Shown here piece after piece: positions 10,787-23,109 of a stretch of DNA of 64,000 nt. The notes below the pieces were generated by a model. The model saw only the letters and a list, made by a program, of their open reading frames with translations, made no database searches and was not told the DNA's origin. The first letter of the stretch is position 1, and the number at the start of each line of letters is the position of its first letter. The translations under genes were made by a program, and so were the position numbers. Source of the DNA: Nitrospirota bacterium (GTDB lineage: Bacteria; Nitrospirota; Nitrospiria; Nitrospirales; NS-4); contig CAWBGA010000002.1 in assembly GCA_963788195.1 (NCBI GenBank), positions 96,001-160,000 of the forward strand, written 5' to 3'.

Positions 10787-12554
10787 CTATCTGTCCACTT
10801 CACCCATCACGACGTCATAGGTGCCGAAGATCGTGACAATGTCGGCAATGAGATAGCCGCGGGCCATATGATCGAAAGCCCCGAGATGCACGAAGGATGG
10901 AGAGCGAATCTTCAGCCGATAGGGGCGCGTCCCACCGTCACTTACAATGAAGAAACCTAGCTCGCCCTTCGCCGCCTTCCGAGGCGCAATACGTTTCACC
11001 CTTCGGGACCTTGAAGCCCAGCGTATAAATGATGAAGTGGTGAATATGGCTCTGCATGTCCCGCATCACTTCTTGTTTCGGAGGCGGCACCACCTGGGGG
11101 ACGTCGGCGATGATGGGCCCGGACGGCATTTGATCCAAGCACTGCCGAATAATCCGCGCGCTCTGGCGCATCTCCTCCAGCCGGACCCAATATCGGTCGT
11201 AGGTATCGCCGTTCTTACCGATAGGCACTTCCCAGTCAACTTTGTCATAAGCGCCGTAGGGTTCTGCCTTGCGGACGTCGTACGGGACCCCGGATCCTCG
11301 AAGCACTGGTCCGGTGACGCCGAAATTCACGGCGTCTTGCGCGGAGAGCACCGCAATGTTCTTGGTGCGCGACAGCCAGATGCGGTTTGTGCGAAGCAGT
11401 TCATCGTATTCCAGCAGATGTGCAGGAAACGACTCGAGAAAGGCGTGAAGTCGCTCAACCAGGTCCGGGGTAAAATCGGTGTCAACTCCGCCGATGCGAT
11501 AGTAATTCAGGGTCAGCCGGGCGCCGCAGAGTTTCTCAAACATGTCCAACAGGACTTCGCGCTCGCGAAATGTCCAGAAGAAGACCGTCATCGCGCCGAT
11601 GTCCAGGGCCTGGGTCCCCAGCCAGAACAGATGACCGATGATCCGCTGCATCTCGGCGACGATGGTGCGGATGTACTCGGCGCGTTCCGGGATCGTAATG
11701 TTGAGAAGCTTTTCCACGGCACGAACAAAAGCATAGTTGTTGAGCATCGAGCACACGTAATCTAACCGGTCGGTATGAGGGATGATCTGTTGGTAGGTCA
11801 GGGCCTCGCACAGTTTCTCGACGCCCCGGTGCAGGTAGCCCACGTCCGGCGTGGCCTTTATTACCCTTTCGCCTTCCAGTTGCAGAACCACGCGCAGCAC
11901 CCCGTGGGTGGCCGGATGCTGAGGTCCCATGTTGAGGAGTAACTCGCTTTCCCGAGGGACTGGCTTGGCGTCTTTGTCGAGGCCTTCCGCCTCCAACAAG
12001 AAGGGTCGTTGCTGATCAGCGGAGATCTCGCCTGCCGGAAGCGATTCGGGTAACTCGTCCAGCCGGGGGAGGAAGGGGAAGGTTGCGCGCCATCCCTTGC
12101 CTTCGACCGGGAAGTCTTTGCGCAATGGATAGCCCTCATCATAATCTTCAGGCATCAAGATGCGGCGCAGATCAGGATGGCCCGCAAACCGGATGCCCAT
12201 CATGTCGTAGACCTCGCGCTCGAGAAAATTGGCTCCGCTCCAAATTGGGGTCAGCGTTGGCAGAATGGGATTTTCCTCCGGCACACGGACTTTCACGCGC
12301 AGGCGGTGATTATGGGGCAAGGACTTGAAGAGATAAATAATCTCAAACCGATCCTCGTCCTCCGGGTAGTCCACGGAACAGATGTCGCTCAGCATGTCAA
12401 ACGCAGCCTCATGATCGTCATGCAAGAATCGTCCGATTTCGGGAAGGGCATTCGGCTTGACCTGAGCGACAAGGTCTTCGTACGGTCCTTCCTCGCGCAC
12501 CGCAAGGACATCGTCGGGAAACCGGTCCTTGAGTCTGGTGAGAAGGGCATGCAT
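10787..12554 (-). CDS. nuoCD: Fused NADH-quinone oxidoreductase subunit C/D (frameshift near 10970)
   Basis: NuoC part [22 protein letters not shown] and NuoD part [24 protein letters not shown]-terminal KGELG..GEVDR lies in ORF 10787..10999. Confidence 0.93.
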
Positions 12555-12556
12555 GC

Positions 12557-13036
12557 TTATTTCACCAGCACTTTTTCGAGCATCATTTTTTTCTGCAGTT
12601 TTAAAAGGCCGTCGAGGAGAGCCTCGGGACGTGGCGGGCATCCGGGGACATAGACGTCCACCGGCAGGAATTGATCGACGCCCTGAACCACACTGTAGGA
12701 GTTATAGTGGTTGCCGGATGTTGCGCAGGAACCCATGGAGATGACGTAACGAGGCTCGGGCATCTGATCGTAAATTCGCCGAATGACGGGCGCCATCTTC
12801 CGGCATACGGTGCCCGCGATGATCATGAGATCAGATTGTCTGGGCGAGGCCCGGAACACGCCCGCTCCAAACCGGTCAATGTCATACCTCGAGGAGACCG
12901 TCGCGATCATCTCGATGGCGCAGCACGCCAAGCCGAAGGTCATGGGCCAAATCGACCCCTTCCGACACCAATTGATCAGGCCGTCGAGGTTCGTGGTGAT
13001 GATATTGGCGTCTAGTTGTCGGTCGATCAGTCCCAT
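12557..13036 (-). CDS. nuoB: NADH-quinone oxidoreductase subunit B
   Basis: Motifs [40 protein letters not shown]. Confidence 0.97.
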   Translation of the reverse strand: MGLIDRQLDANIITTNLDGLINWCRKGSIWPMTFGLACCAIEMIATVSSRYDIDRFGAGVFRASPRQSDLMIIAGTVCRKMAPVIRRIYDQMPEPRYVISMGSCATSGNHYNSYSVVQGVDQFLPVDVYVPGCPPRPEALLDGLLKLQKKMMLEKVLVK

Positions 13037-13089
13037 ATGGTTACTCTGCTATCCTGAGCGCCAGCGAAGGATCTTAAATTGACCTGCGG

Positions 13090-13458
13090 CTAATCCCATT
13101 CCAGAGCGCCCTTCTTCCACGCGTAGAAATAGCCGACAAGAAGGATGGCAATAAACAGCAGCATCTCGACCAGCCCGAAGAGTCCGAGCTCATTGAAGAC
13201 GATGGCCCAGGGGTATAAAAACACCGTTTCGATATCAAAAATGACGAACAACATGGCAATAATATAATAACGCATCGGGAACTTGGCGCGGGCGTCTGAA
13301 AACGTCGGCGACCCGCTTTCATAGGGCATCAGCTTCGCGTGATACGGCCGCGAGGGGCGCACGAGTGAACCGACCAAGAGAGAGCCGACCCCGAAGGCTG
13401 TCCCAGCCAGGATGAGAATCAGAATGGGAAGGTAGCTTTGAGGGACGAGCTCAGCCAT
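13090..13458 (-). CDS. nuoA: NADH-quinone oxidoreductase subunit A
   Basis: Motifs KLMPYESG, FVIFDIETVFLYPWA, KKGALEW. Confidence 0.96.
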   Translation of the reverse strand: MAELVPQSYLPILILILAGTAFGVGSLLVGSLVRPSRPYHAKLMPYESGSPTFSDARAKFPMRYYIIAMLFVIFDIETVFLYPWAIVFNELGLFGLVEMLLFIAILLVGYFYAWKKGALEWD

Positions 13459-14653
13459 GCGCGGCTGCGCCCGAGTAGAGCGCGTCGAGGAGAAAAGGAC
13501 GTGATCTGAGGCCGTCCAAAGCGGGAGCAGCCATGCCTTTGTGTTGTACGAGACACTTTGAAGGTGGTTCCCATGCCGCCCGGCTGCAGCAGTCGTCGTA
13601 GATAGCCGGACTCCTTGGATTCGGGGTCCAAGCCGGCGAAAGCTTCCTCTATGCCGAGCCCCATCAGGAAGTGAAGCTGATTTGTAAAACCCGTGACCCC
13701 CAAGCCTTCTTGCTCGCCGATCAATGCCAAGCTCGTGAAATCGACATGTGCGGTGATGTCTTGTTGCCCGATCCTGACATATGGATTATCGGACACAGTC
13801 TCACGATAGTAGCAAAGCAGCGTGCCGTCTTTTCTGAGCGGCGAATAGAGATCGGACGCGGTATGGCCGTAATCCACGGTCAGCACAATACCCTTCGTGA
13901 GGCGCCGAGCAATCTGGCGCATCCAGTCAATACCTTCGAGGTTAACTTCGGCGCGCTGGCCGTCCTCCAGTCGGATGGCGAGCCGCTCAAAATAGTGTTG
14001 CACAGAAGGATCCACGGGGGGCGCTTCCACCTCGATGAAAGCCCCTGAAGCCGCAACCATCCAACGAAGATCTCGCGCAATCCCAAGGGTCGCTGTACAA
14101 CGCGATGAACGGGAAAGGCATCCACCAGTTCATTCGAAAGGATCACGCCGATGATCGAGTCGGGGGCAAGAGCGGCAAGGTCCGGAAGCCAGCGGACCGA
14201 AATACCGTTTTGGATAAACGGAAGCAAATGTTCCTGCTGCCGCCGCACCATGCCGGCGCTTCGTTCAATAATAAGGTATTGCAGTCGGTCTAGAAGGCCC
14301 GGGTGCTCGCGCTGCAAGGCCGCCAGCACATGGCCAGCGAGGGTCCCTCGACCAGCTCCCATTTCAAGGAGCGTGAAGACTCCGGTAGGCGCGATCACGG
14401 CGGCTGCCTGTGCGAGCTGTCGTGCGAGGAGATCGCCGTAGATCGGATGGACTTCTGAGCTTGTCCAGTAATCTCCGCCGGCTCCGATCACCGGGTCTGT
14501 GGTGTAGTACCCGAAATCCGGGTCATACAGCGCCGTCTCCATAAACTCCGCAAAAGTAATCGGCCCGTTCTGGTCGATCCGTGCGATCAACTTTTGAACA
14601 AGCTCGGGATGCCCGAGCTCCACCGTGGATTTGTCTGGGGATAAGAGTGCCAT
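13451..14653 (-). CDS. SAM-dependent methyltransferase, MidA/NDUFAF7 family (frameshifts near 14060 and 13555)
   Basis: Motifs GPITFAEFM..ALY..GYY, GDYWTS, EMGAGRGTL, SNELVDAFPVH, VDYG, QDITAHVDF, MGTTFKV. Confidence 0.88.
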
Positions 14654-14862
14654 TTTGGAGGGCGTACCATAGCGTAGGTCTTATGGTTAGTCAAGCTGAA
14701 AGGCTGTGTCTAGACAATGAGTTAGCGACGTTTATCCTCCCAGGAAAGCCTCCTGCTGACATAAGCGCCGATAGGCCGAAAGACCTATGCTCATTTTTGT
14801 TGATTTCGCCTCGATTCCGGCAAAAGGTCTTGTTACCAGGGCCAGTGTTTCTAGACCTCAGC

Positions 14863-14890
14863 TCAAGTTAGCTTCTTAAAAAGCCGACAA
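14863..14890 (+). promoter_or_regulatory. Putative sigma-28 (FliA) promoter
   Basis: TCAAG-N15-GCCGACAA matches the FliA consensus and lies about 60 nt upstream of a FliK-like gene. Confidence 0.7.
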
Positions 14891-14950
14891 TCAGATCACG
14901 GAGAACTTTCCTTTGAAGTCATACATTTTCAAGTTATCGAAAGGATCGCC

Positions 14951-16514
14951 ATGGGCGGCCCCAATATAATCGGGCTGATCGGTCCGATTCTCCCGCCGCC
15001 TGGGCCTGGAGTAAACTCCGCGCCGAAGATCGCGGTGCCGATTGTCTTGGGCACGGAGAACGCGGTCATCGATGACCCTGTGGTCGACCTCCTCAAGCAA
15101 CTGCTGCCGGTGGACAGTCCTGTCGGAACCGTATTGGAAAGGTTTCGTGAGGCGATTGCGAGCTTACAGACTCAGCAGCCCACAAACGATGCCGCCGCGA
15201 AGCTCATCGCCCTTTTAAAAGCTTTGCCCATTGACTTGAAGACCGTCACCGGTGAACAACTTCGCTCGGCTATCGACCGCTTGGGGCTTCGCTATGAACC
15301 GATGTTACAGTCCGCATTTGCAGAGCACGCCCCTTTGGCCCTTCCCCAGTTGACCGCGCAGAACCTCAAAGCCGCATTGTTGACGCTGCTTTCTGGGTAT
15401 CAATCAGGCACCCCCGTCGATATCACCTTCTCAGCGATTCAGCGGGGAATTAGTCATTCTGCGGGATCCTCTACTGCAACTCCATTAAGCCGCCCAATAA
15501 CTCAGCCGTCGGGAGAAAATCTTGAAGGCGCTCTTTTGAAACAACTCCAGGCGCAATCCAGAGAAATGCTGGCAACTTCATCAAAATCCGATCCTCAGCA
15601 GCCCCCTAATACTGCTTCGCTGAAGGATCAGCCCCAGCCAGCGGCTAGGCCGGCACTGCAGGGTAATGCACTGGAGGAATTTCCGCAGACTGCGAACCCT
15701 GTTGTGGGGCGGGACATGGCCCCGGCGATGGCAAAACTCATTCAATCGACTCCGCAGGCGATCCCAGGCGGCAGCGTAGCGGACGATCCGGTGGCAAGCC
15801 TCAAGGCCATCGGAGCCGGCAATGAAGTCGAGAGGCTCGCCGGCCCCAAGGTCGTGGGGGCCGAGAGTGAAGTTGAACCGCTGATCAGCAGCATCAAAGA
15901 GTATTGAGCCTAAAACCCCTCAACTGGGTGAACAAATCACGAAATTCGCAGTGGGCAAGCTGCCTGCAGCGGACTTGCCTGTTCAGGCTGCAGATTCAGC
16001 GGCTCAATCCACAGGATTAACCGGCAAACAAGCAACTGATGTCCGCCACCAGGCTCACGAACTGTTATCCGTAATCGAGCGCACTCAGGTCTTAAACAGT
16101 GTGAACAGCGAACGGGGCGCGCCCTTAACCTTCCAAATCCCGTTCGTGTTGGACGGCCGCTCCTCTACGGCGGAGTTTTATGTGGACGGGCGGTCAGAGG
16201 AGGGCCGAAAAACCCCACCTGAAGAGCGCCATTACAGCGTTGTGGCGCTGCTGGACCTGAGTGAACTTGGGGCCTTGCGCGTTGATCTTGCGTTGCACAA
16301 AAAGCAGCTGTCGGTGAAGGTCACCGTCGAGCGCGAGGACACAGAAGTATTGGCCAGCCAGCTCCTACCAGAGCTCGCACACACTCTGGGCGAGCACGGT
16401 TTCGCTGTGGAGTTTCTCAGGTGCGAGCTCAAGACTGACGGTAGCGTCAGAGGTGAGGAACTGCGGGACCGGCCGCTTCCGGAGGGCGATGGGCTTATCA
16501 ATATTCGTGCTTGA
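14951..16514 (+). CDS. Flagellar hook-length control FliK-domain protein (frameshift near 15905)
   Basis: Low-complexity P/Q/A-rich middle; C-terminal FQIPF..LDLSELGALRVDL..L.VKV..LAHTLGEHGF resembles the FliK C domain; followed by an FlhB-C homologue. Confidence 0.7.
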
Positions 16515-16596
16515 AGCGCTTTCTATTCCAACGTGTGATAGAGACGGAGAAAAGCCTGTCTGGGCAGCTGGGGCGGGTGGGGAAATAGGTGGAAAA

Positions 16597-16902
16597 ATGA
16601 TTAAACATCCCCGAAAAGGCGCAGTGGCGCTGCGCTATGAGCCGGAGAAGAGCTCATCCCCCCGCGTAACCGCACATGGCGAGGGGTTGATGGCGGAGCG
16701 TCTCATCGAAGAGGCCAAACGACACGGCATTCCCATCCGGGAGAATCCGGATCTAGTGGAAATCCTGCTCCAGTTGGATTTGGGACAAGAGATACCGCCG
16801 TCGCTCTACCAGGCCGTCGCCGAGACGTTGATCTTTGTGTACCGTCTCAACGAGGAATGGAAAAAAACCCACGCAATTGGAACCGGACGTCCGCTGCCAT
16901 AG
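16597..16902 (+). CDS. FlhB C-terminal-like (EscU/YscU/HrcU family) small protein
   Basis: AVALRY..PRVTAHGEG..AE.LIEEAK.HGIPI.ENP.LV..L..LDLGQEIPPSLYQAVAE. Confidence 0.9.
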   Translation: MIKHPRKGAVALRYEPEKSSSPRVTAHGEGLMAERLIEEAKRHGIPIRENPDLVEILLQLDLGQEIPPSLYQAVAETLIFVYRLNEEWKKTHAIGTGRPLP

Positions 16903-17179
16903 TATCAAGACAGATTCCTTTTCCCATTGCACCCGCCCAGCCCTGAAATCTGCCAAGACAGATTTCTTTTCCCCTACCAGGTCGTCGATACTTTGCAAAC
17001 GTCGCATTGCCATTTCCTGGGAGAATTAGGCCGGTCATCCTTCTCTTGTGTGGGACGGGCAACAGGCTGCATAGCTTTATGGCATCGTGGACATTTCGGA
17101 GGATTATAGTCGGTCATCTGTCAGCTGCTCCCATATGTCAGTCGTCCAGAAAATAAGGTGCGACAGTCCCTTTCCCGGT

Positions 17180-18232
17180 TCAGGGGTTCTTTGCAATCGT
17201 CACCCGGTCTCCGCCCGCCGCCTTGGATCGATACATTGCCTCATCGGCTTTTGACATCAATTCTTGTTTTGATTTGGCATGGTCTGGAAAGCCCGCAATC
17301 CCAATGCTTGCGGTTAATTGCCGCCGCAGGCTGGCCCCTTCCCCAAAGGCATGCACTTGGATGGCTTTCCGCAGGCGTTCGGCGACCATGCGCGCCGTCG
17401 CCACGGTGGTTTCGGGAAGAATCACCACAAATTCATCACCACCGTACCGAGCCGGAATGTCCACGTCGCGCACGCTTTTACGCATGATCTGCGCAAGTTC
17501 AGTGAGGCAGAGGCTGCCTACAGGATGCCCATAGAGGGCATTGATCGCATTGAAATGATCGAGGTCCAGGAAGATCACCGCCACGGTCGAACGATAGCGG
17601 CTGCAGCGGCGAATTTCCCACTCAAGGGTCTGATCGAGATAACGGGCGTTGAACAGCCCCGTGAGCTCATCGGTAATCGCCAGATTCGAGACCTGCTCGA
17701 TCAATGACGCGTGCTCCAGCGCGATAGACGCCTGATGGGTCAGGCGAGCCAGCAGTTGAAGATCATCGCGAGTGAACTGGGCGCCGATTTTATTGAGCAT
17801 TTCTAATATGGCGACGGGCTTTCCTTTGCTCAGGATCGGTACACAAAGGATCGAACGGCTCTTCACGCTGGTCGCATCATCCACCTCGGGCAAAAATCGG
17901 GGGTCTGCCTGCGCGTCGCCGACGATGACGGGTTTGCCATGGGATGAAACCCAGCCGATGATTCCGTTTCCGGCCCGGACCCGAAGCCCCTTCAGGCCGT
18001 CCACTTTGGGGCCTCCGCACATCTCGAACACCAGATCCCGCGTTGCGGGGTCTACTAAAAAAAGAGACCACGCGCGGCAACGCACCATTGCGCGTGCTTT
18101 TTCGAGGATCGTGCGGAGCGCAGCTTTAGGCTCGCGGGAAGACGTAAGCGTTCGCGCGGTCTCGATGAAGAAACGCAGTTCTCGTTGACAGGCGCTAGGC
18201 GAAAGAATGTAGCTTCTTAAGAGCCGTGGCAC
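17180..18232 (-). CDS. GAF-domain diguanylate cyclase
   Basis: GAF ([25 protein letters not shown]) followed by [14 protein letters not shown] and RYGGDEF; RxxD I-site present (RDVD). Confidence 0.92.
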   Translation of the reverse strand: MPRLLRSYILSPSACQRELRFFIETARTLTSSREPKAALRTILEKARAMVRCRAWSLFLVDPATRDLVFEMCGGPKVDGLKGLRVRAGNGIIGWVSSHGKPVIVGDAQADPRFLPEVDDATSVKSRSILCVPILSKGKPVAILEMLNKIGAQFTRDDLQLLARLTHQASIALEHASLIEQVSNLAITDELTGLFNARYLDQTLEWEIRRCSRYRSTVAVIFLDLDHFNAINALYGHPVGSLCLTELAQIMRKSVRDVDIPARYGGDEFVVILPETTVATARMVAERLRKAIQVHAFGEGASLRRQLTASIGIAGFPDHAKSKQELMSKADEAMYRSKAAGGDRVTIAKNP

Positions 18233-20914
18233 TTTTTGTATTTCTTACCGCTTCCGCAGGGACAAGGGTCGTTACGTCCGACCTTGTCTACCGCACGCCG
18301 AGCGGTCTTTGGTCCAGCCTCGTCGGCCGTCTCCTCACCCCGGTTCAGCGTCAAGGGTACAGCGCGCCTCGGTTCTTCGAGCGGACGCGGAGACTCACCT
18401 TGCACTACCTGAACGCGGAAAAGGTGCTCAAGCACGTCTCGTTTCATCCGGTCCATCATCCCGGCGAACATCTCAAAAGCTTCCCGCTTGTATTCGATTA
18501 AGGGATCCTTCTGCCCGTAGCCGCGAAGGCCTATGCCCTCTCTAAGACTGTCGATGCCTAACAAATGATCCTTCCAAAGGCTATCGATGGTCGCGAGCAT
18601 CACCCTTTTTTCCAGCAGCCGTAGCAGCTCTGCCCCCAGCTCCTGCTCCTTCTTTTTGTACGCTTCCTCGACTTTCTTGCGCAGTTCCTGGCTGTAAGGC
18701 CTCGAATCCGATGTCCTTGAAGTCAATCGAGCCGTCTTTTGATGTCGATGCCGAACTGGGCAAACGCCGCGTCGGCCAGGCCTTTGAGATCCCAATCCTC
18801 CTGATAGGCGCCTTCGGGACAGTAGACCGAGAGGAGCATCTTCAGCACTTCCTCCGTGCTTGAGCGGATCTCCTCTGTGAGGTCGTCGCCGCGCAAAATC
18901 ATTCGACGGCGCTCATAGACCACTTCCCTTTGCTTGTTCAGTACATCGTCATAGTCAAGGAGCTGTTTGCGAATTTCGAAGTGGTGGGCCTCTACTTTTT
19001 TTTGCGCGTTTTCAATGGCACGTGTCACCATGCCGGCCTCGATCGGCACCCCTTCTTCCATCCCGAGCTTCAGCATGATTTTCGAGATACGCTCCGACCC
19101 GAAAATGCGAAGCAGGTCGTCCTCAAGCGATAGATAGAAACGTGAGGAGCCGGGATCGCCTTGCCGGCCGGATCGCCCTCTCAATTGGTTATCAATGCGC
19201 CGGCTCTCGTGACGTTCCGTGCCGATAATATGAAGACCGCCGGCCGCGATCACTTCTTTTTTCTCAGCTTCGCACTCGGCCTCGATCTGAGCCTCTAATT
19301 TTGCCTGATCTTGAGCCGTCATCTCGGGGTCTGCGTATACGGCCTTCTTGAAGAGAAACTCGGGATTGCCCCCAGAAGGATGTCGGTACCGCGCCCCGCC
19401 ATATTGGTGGCGATCGTCACGCCGTCCTTGCGGCCGGCTTGGGCGATGATCTCCGCTTCACGCTCGTGGTGCTTGGCGTTCAGGACGCTATGCTTGATGC
19501 CCTGACGCAGCAGGAGGCCCGCGAGCCGCTCCGATTTCTCAATGGAGATGGTCCCGACCAAAGCTGGCTGGCCGCTTTGATGGCACTCCTTGATGTCTTC
19601 CACAATCGCGTTGAACTTTTCTTTCTCTGTGCGATACACGACATCCGCAAAGTCCTGCCGAATATTGGCCCGGTTGGTCGGCGCTACGACCACTTCGAGG
19701 TTATAGATTTTTGCGAACTCGCTGGCTTCGGTATCGGCCGTTCCCGTCATGCCGGCCAGCTTGTCATACATCCGGAAGAGGTTCTGGAAGGTGATCGACG
19801 CCAGCGTTTGGTTCTCGTTGGCGATCTTGACCGCCTCTTTCGCCTCCACGGCCTGATGCAACCCGTCCGACCACCGGCGTCCCGGCATCAATCGGCCGGT
19901 GAACTCGTCCACGATGATGACTTCCCCGTCTTTGACCACATAGTCCACATCGCGATGGTAGATAACATGCGCCCGAAGGCCTGAACCACATGGTGGACCA
20001 GGTTCATATTCGCGGGGTCGTAGAGGTTACTCACGCCGAGCGCCCGTTCCACTTTCTCGTTGCCCTCTTCGGTCAGTGCGGCGGTCTTTGTTTTCTCTTC
20101 AATCGTGTAGTGCTCTTCCCGCTTTAAGCCCGGAATGATGCGATCAATGCGGTAGTAGAGATCGGTGGAGTCTTCGGTCGGCCCCGAGATGATCAGCGGG
20201 GTGCGGGCCTCATCAATCAGGATGCTGTCCACTTCGTCCACGATCGCGTAATGCAACTCGCGTTGAACGCATTGATCGAGATCGGTCACCATGTTGTCGC
20301 GAAGATAATCGAATCCGAATTCGTTGTTCGTGCCGTAGGTGATGTCCGCGCGGTAGGCTTCATGACGGGTACATGGCCGCAGGTATAAGAGACGCTTGTC
20401 TTCCGGCTCATACGTCGGATCGAACAGGAAGGAGGTCTCGTGCTGAATAACCCCGACTGACAGTCCCAGCTAATGATAGAGGGGGCCCATCCATTGCGCG
20501 TCGCGCTTGGCCAGATAGTCGTTGACCGTGACGAGATGGGCGCCTTTGCCCTCGAGACCATTGAGGTAGAGCGCGAGCGTGGCCACGAGGGTTTTGCCTT
20601 CGCCCGTTTTCATCTCGGCGATCTTGCCCTCGTGCAGGATGAGGCCGCCGATCAATTGGACGTCGAAATGGCGCATCCCCAGTTGGCGCTTGGACACTTC
20701 GCGGCACACCGCGAAGGCTTCCGGCAGAAGCTCATCCAGGACGCCCCATCGGCCAGGCGCTTTCGAAATTCGTCCCTTTTCGCGCGGAGTTGTTGATCGG
20801 TGCGACAGAGAGATCGGGTTCCAGCGCATTGATCTGCGCCACGATTGGACGCATCCGCTTGATTTCACGCTCGTTTTTGCTGCCGAATATTTTTTTCAGT
20901 ACGAGATTGATCAT
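18217..20914 (-). CDS. secA: Preprotein translocase ATPase SecA (multiple frameshifts)
   Basis: Motifs [101 protein letters not shown] across consecutive ORF pieces. Confidence 0.95.
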
Positions 20915-20960
20915 GAGATGAGCCCAGGTTGGTTCTTAGTATACTGAAAAACTTACGATA

Positions 20961-21625
20961 ATGAAACCCAAATCGGGACCAGCGAGTCGGCGAAGCGCCA
21001 TCGATTCACGAGCACGGCAATATCGGCATCTCCATCCTCATCCAATTATTCATTCTTCTTCTTGCCGGCTTTTTTGTCTGGGGTTCTCCCGCCGGCCTGG
21101 AAAGACTATGTCAAGGCCGGGCCATGGAAAACCGTGGCGGCCATCATCATAGGGCTGATGATCGTGGTCGCCATTACGAAGGATCTTCGCCGCCGCGAGC
21201 ACAAACAAGCGCATGTACGCGTCGCCAAAGTCTTCCGAGAGGCCACAGAGCCGGCGCTTCAGAAGCGGGCCGGGCTTTGGCTGATCGATCAAACCGGCGA
21301 TGTCCGGAAAGGCTGGCCGACGCCGGGCCCCACCTGTTCGATGTCTCCTTTGGATCATGAAGACTGACCCTGAAAAACTGGACCGCGCAAGGGCGGCAAA
21401 TGGCTTGGGCGTTCTTGGCGACTCCCGCGCAATTGAGCACTTCTGTTGGCGACGAAGGACGAGTATCCCTACGTAAGGGCCGAGGCGGCTTTCGGGCTCG
21501 GCCGGCTCAAGGCAATATAGGCCGAAAAACGGTTGCGGGAGTTGGCCGTGGATGATTGGGATGCAGGGGTTCGGGGTCGGGCAAAGGAAGCATTGGACTG
21601 GCTGGGCCGTCCTCTCGGGAATTGA
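20961..21625 (+). CDS. Membrane-anchored HEAT-repeat protein, broken by frameshifts and one in-frame TAG
   Basis: Manual stitching gives hydrophobic N-terminal segments, then RARAANGLGVLGDSRAI..KDEYPYVRAEAAFGLGRL..DDWDAGVRGRAKEAL; start uncertain. Confidence 0.6.
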
Positions 21626-21650
21626 CACGATTTTTCGAAACCGCTACGAT
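21622..21650 (+). promoter_or_regulatory. Sigma-70 promoter for the first RAPP leader ORF
   Basis: TTGACA-N17-TACGAT; the ATG is only 9 nt after the -10 box. Confidence 0.75.
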
Positions 21651-21659
21651 TAAATTGGT

Positions 21660-21959
21660 ATGAAAGGTAAAAAACCCATTGCCTGGACTCTTGCCGTTGC
21701 TGTGGTCCTTATCATCGGGACCACTACGGGCGGCGCGTTTACCCATGAGGTGCAACACGCGGCTCATCACACCGCCGGGATGCATGCCACGGGCATCTGT
21801 GCATGGATGTGTGCATCCGCGGGGGCAGTCATCGCACCTATGTTCCTTCCAGTTTCCTCCCCAATGGTTCAACAATCTGTACTTCCCCCGGCATGTCAAC
21901 CTGTCTCCCTGACTATTGCGAGTCGCCTCCAGGCTCGCGCGCCTCCAACTCTCGTCTAG
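21660..21959 (+). CDS. DUF2946/CruR-like leader protein (signal or TM segment, His-rich, CxxxC, RAPP)
   Basis: HEVQHAAHHTAGMH..CAWMC..Pro-rich linker..ARAPP near the C-terminus. Confidence 0.75.
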   Translation: MKGKKPIAWTLAVAVVLIIGTTTGGAFTHEVQHAAHHTAGMHATGICAWMCASAGAVIAPMFLPVSSPMVQQSVLPPACQPVSLTIASRLQARAPPTLV

Positions 21960-22100
21960 CCTCGAGCAGACACGTTCGGCAGCTGTCCACTACGGGCGGC
22001 CGGGCCGTGGCCTCTTTTTCACTTCTAGCTGACTGTTGGGTGTCTATGTACATATCGTCTGGAGCTTATTGTGATCCGTTCACTTAGGGTGGGGATGAAT

Positions 22101-22617
22101 ATGAAATCAGTATGGTCATCTGTTTCTATAGTTATCATTCTGGTGGGGCTTCTAGGAATGGCTGGACGACCGCCGTTAGTAGGCGGTCCGGCGCCAGAGA
22201 TCTCGTTGAAAGATCTGCGAGGGGAATGAGGTTCGACTCTCGGATTTTCGTGGCAAAGTAGTCTTGCTGAATTTCTGGGCGACCTGGTGCAAGCCTTGCA
22301 AGGAGGAGATGCCCGCCATGCAGGCCAGCTACGACAAGCTTCGCGACAAAGGCTTTGTCGTGTTAGCTGTGAACGAACTCGAAAATATCGAGAAAGTCGC
22401 TGAGCACATACGCACTTACGGTCATACCTTCAAGGTGGTCATGGATAAAAACAACAATGTCGCCAACCGATACGGCGTAGTGGGTCTACCGGCCAGCTTT
22501 ATCATCGATCCGCAAGGGATCGTGCGCGAGCGGATTACCGGCAGTCTTCTGACCGAACCCCGAATTGAAGAAATGTTCCTGCGCTACGCTGCGTCGCTGG
22601 CAACAGACGCGAGGTAG
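22101..22617 (+). CDS. TlpA/ResA-family thiol-disulfide oxidoreductase (frameshift in G-run near 22222)
   Basis: N-terminal TM, then GGPAPEISLKDL; after the shift LSDFRGKVVLLNFWATWCKPCKEEMP and YGVVGLP. Confidence 0.9.
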
Positions 22618-22653
22618 AGATCGCATGGTTGCGATTCCAACAAGCCACGGCTG

Positions 22654-23019
22654 ATGTTGCGCTCGCCGCTCAAACGCCCAAGCGCCGTTCTGGCCCTCAT
22701 CCTTGCCGGCGGCTATTTCGGCTTGGTTATTTTCACGGCAGCATGTTTATTACAGGCGCCGCTTCCAGGTGCGTTCGGTCCAGCCGCGCATCATCATCAC
22801 GCCGACGGGTCCGCCAAGAACACTTCGCATTCGCCTTTGTGCGCATGGGCCTGCCAGGCCGGTTCCTCGTCAACCGTCGGAAACGTGGTCGGCGTCCCCT
22901 TCATGACCTTTATGTGGTGGGGAGCGATCATTTATGCATGGACGGCATACGGTCGCATCGCCTGGGGGCAAGGACGTCCGCGTTCCCCGCCGTTTCCCCT
23001 TAGCCAGACCCCACGTTAA
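22654..23019 (+). CDS. Second DUF2946/CruR-like leader protein
   Basis: Hydrophobic N-terminus, HHHH, HSPLCAWAC, C-terminal RSPP. Confidence 0.7.
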   Translation: MLRSPLKRPSAVLALILAGGYFGLVIFTAACLLQAPLPGAFGPAAHHHHADGSAKNTSHSPLCAWACQAGSSSTVGNVVGVPFMTFMWWGAIIYAWTAYGRIAWGQGRPRSPPFPLSQTPR

Positions 23020-23109
23020 TAAAGACTCTCGCGGTATATCTGCGAGAACAGCATGGAACATTCTGGACCCCTCGCGTGGCTAATGCGAGGGAACGGAAAG
23101 GGCAATCAT

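Noticed and set aside
198..12653. Long plus-strand ORFs opposite the nuo operon (for example 198-959, 4503-5303, 10947-11765)
   Set aside because: Antisense shadow frames typical of GC-rich coding DNA, with no recognisable motifs.
1664..22617. Mass pseudogenisation or programmed frameshifting in nuoL/K/G/F/CD, the MidA-like gene, the FliK-like gene, secA and tlpA
   Set aside because: The breaks are mostly single-base indels, several in short homopolymers, and hit essential secA while protein motifs stay intact on both sides. This fits uncorrected sequencing or assembly error; read polishing would decide. The same caution applies to kaiC, the Crp fusion, DUF3943 and peptide copy 1.
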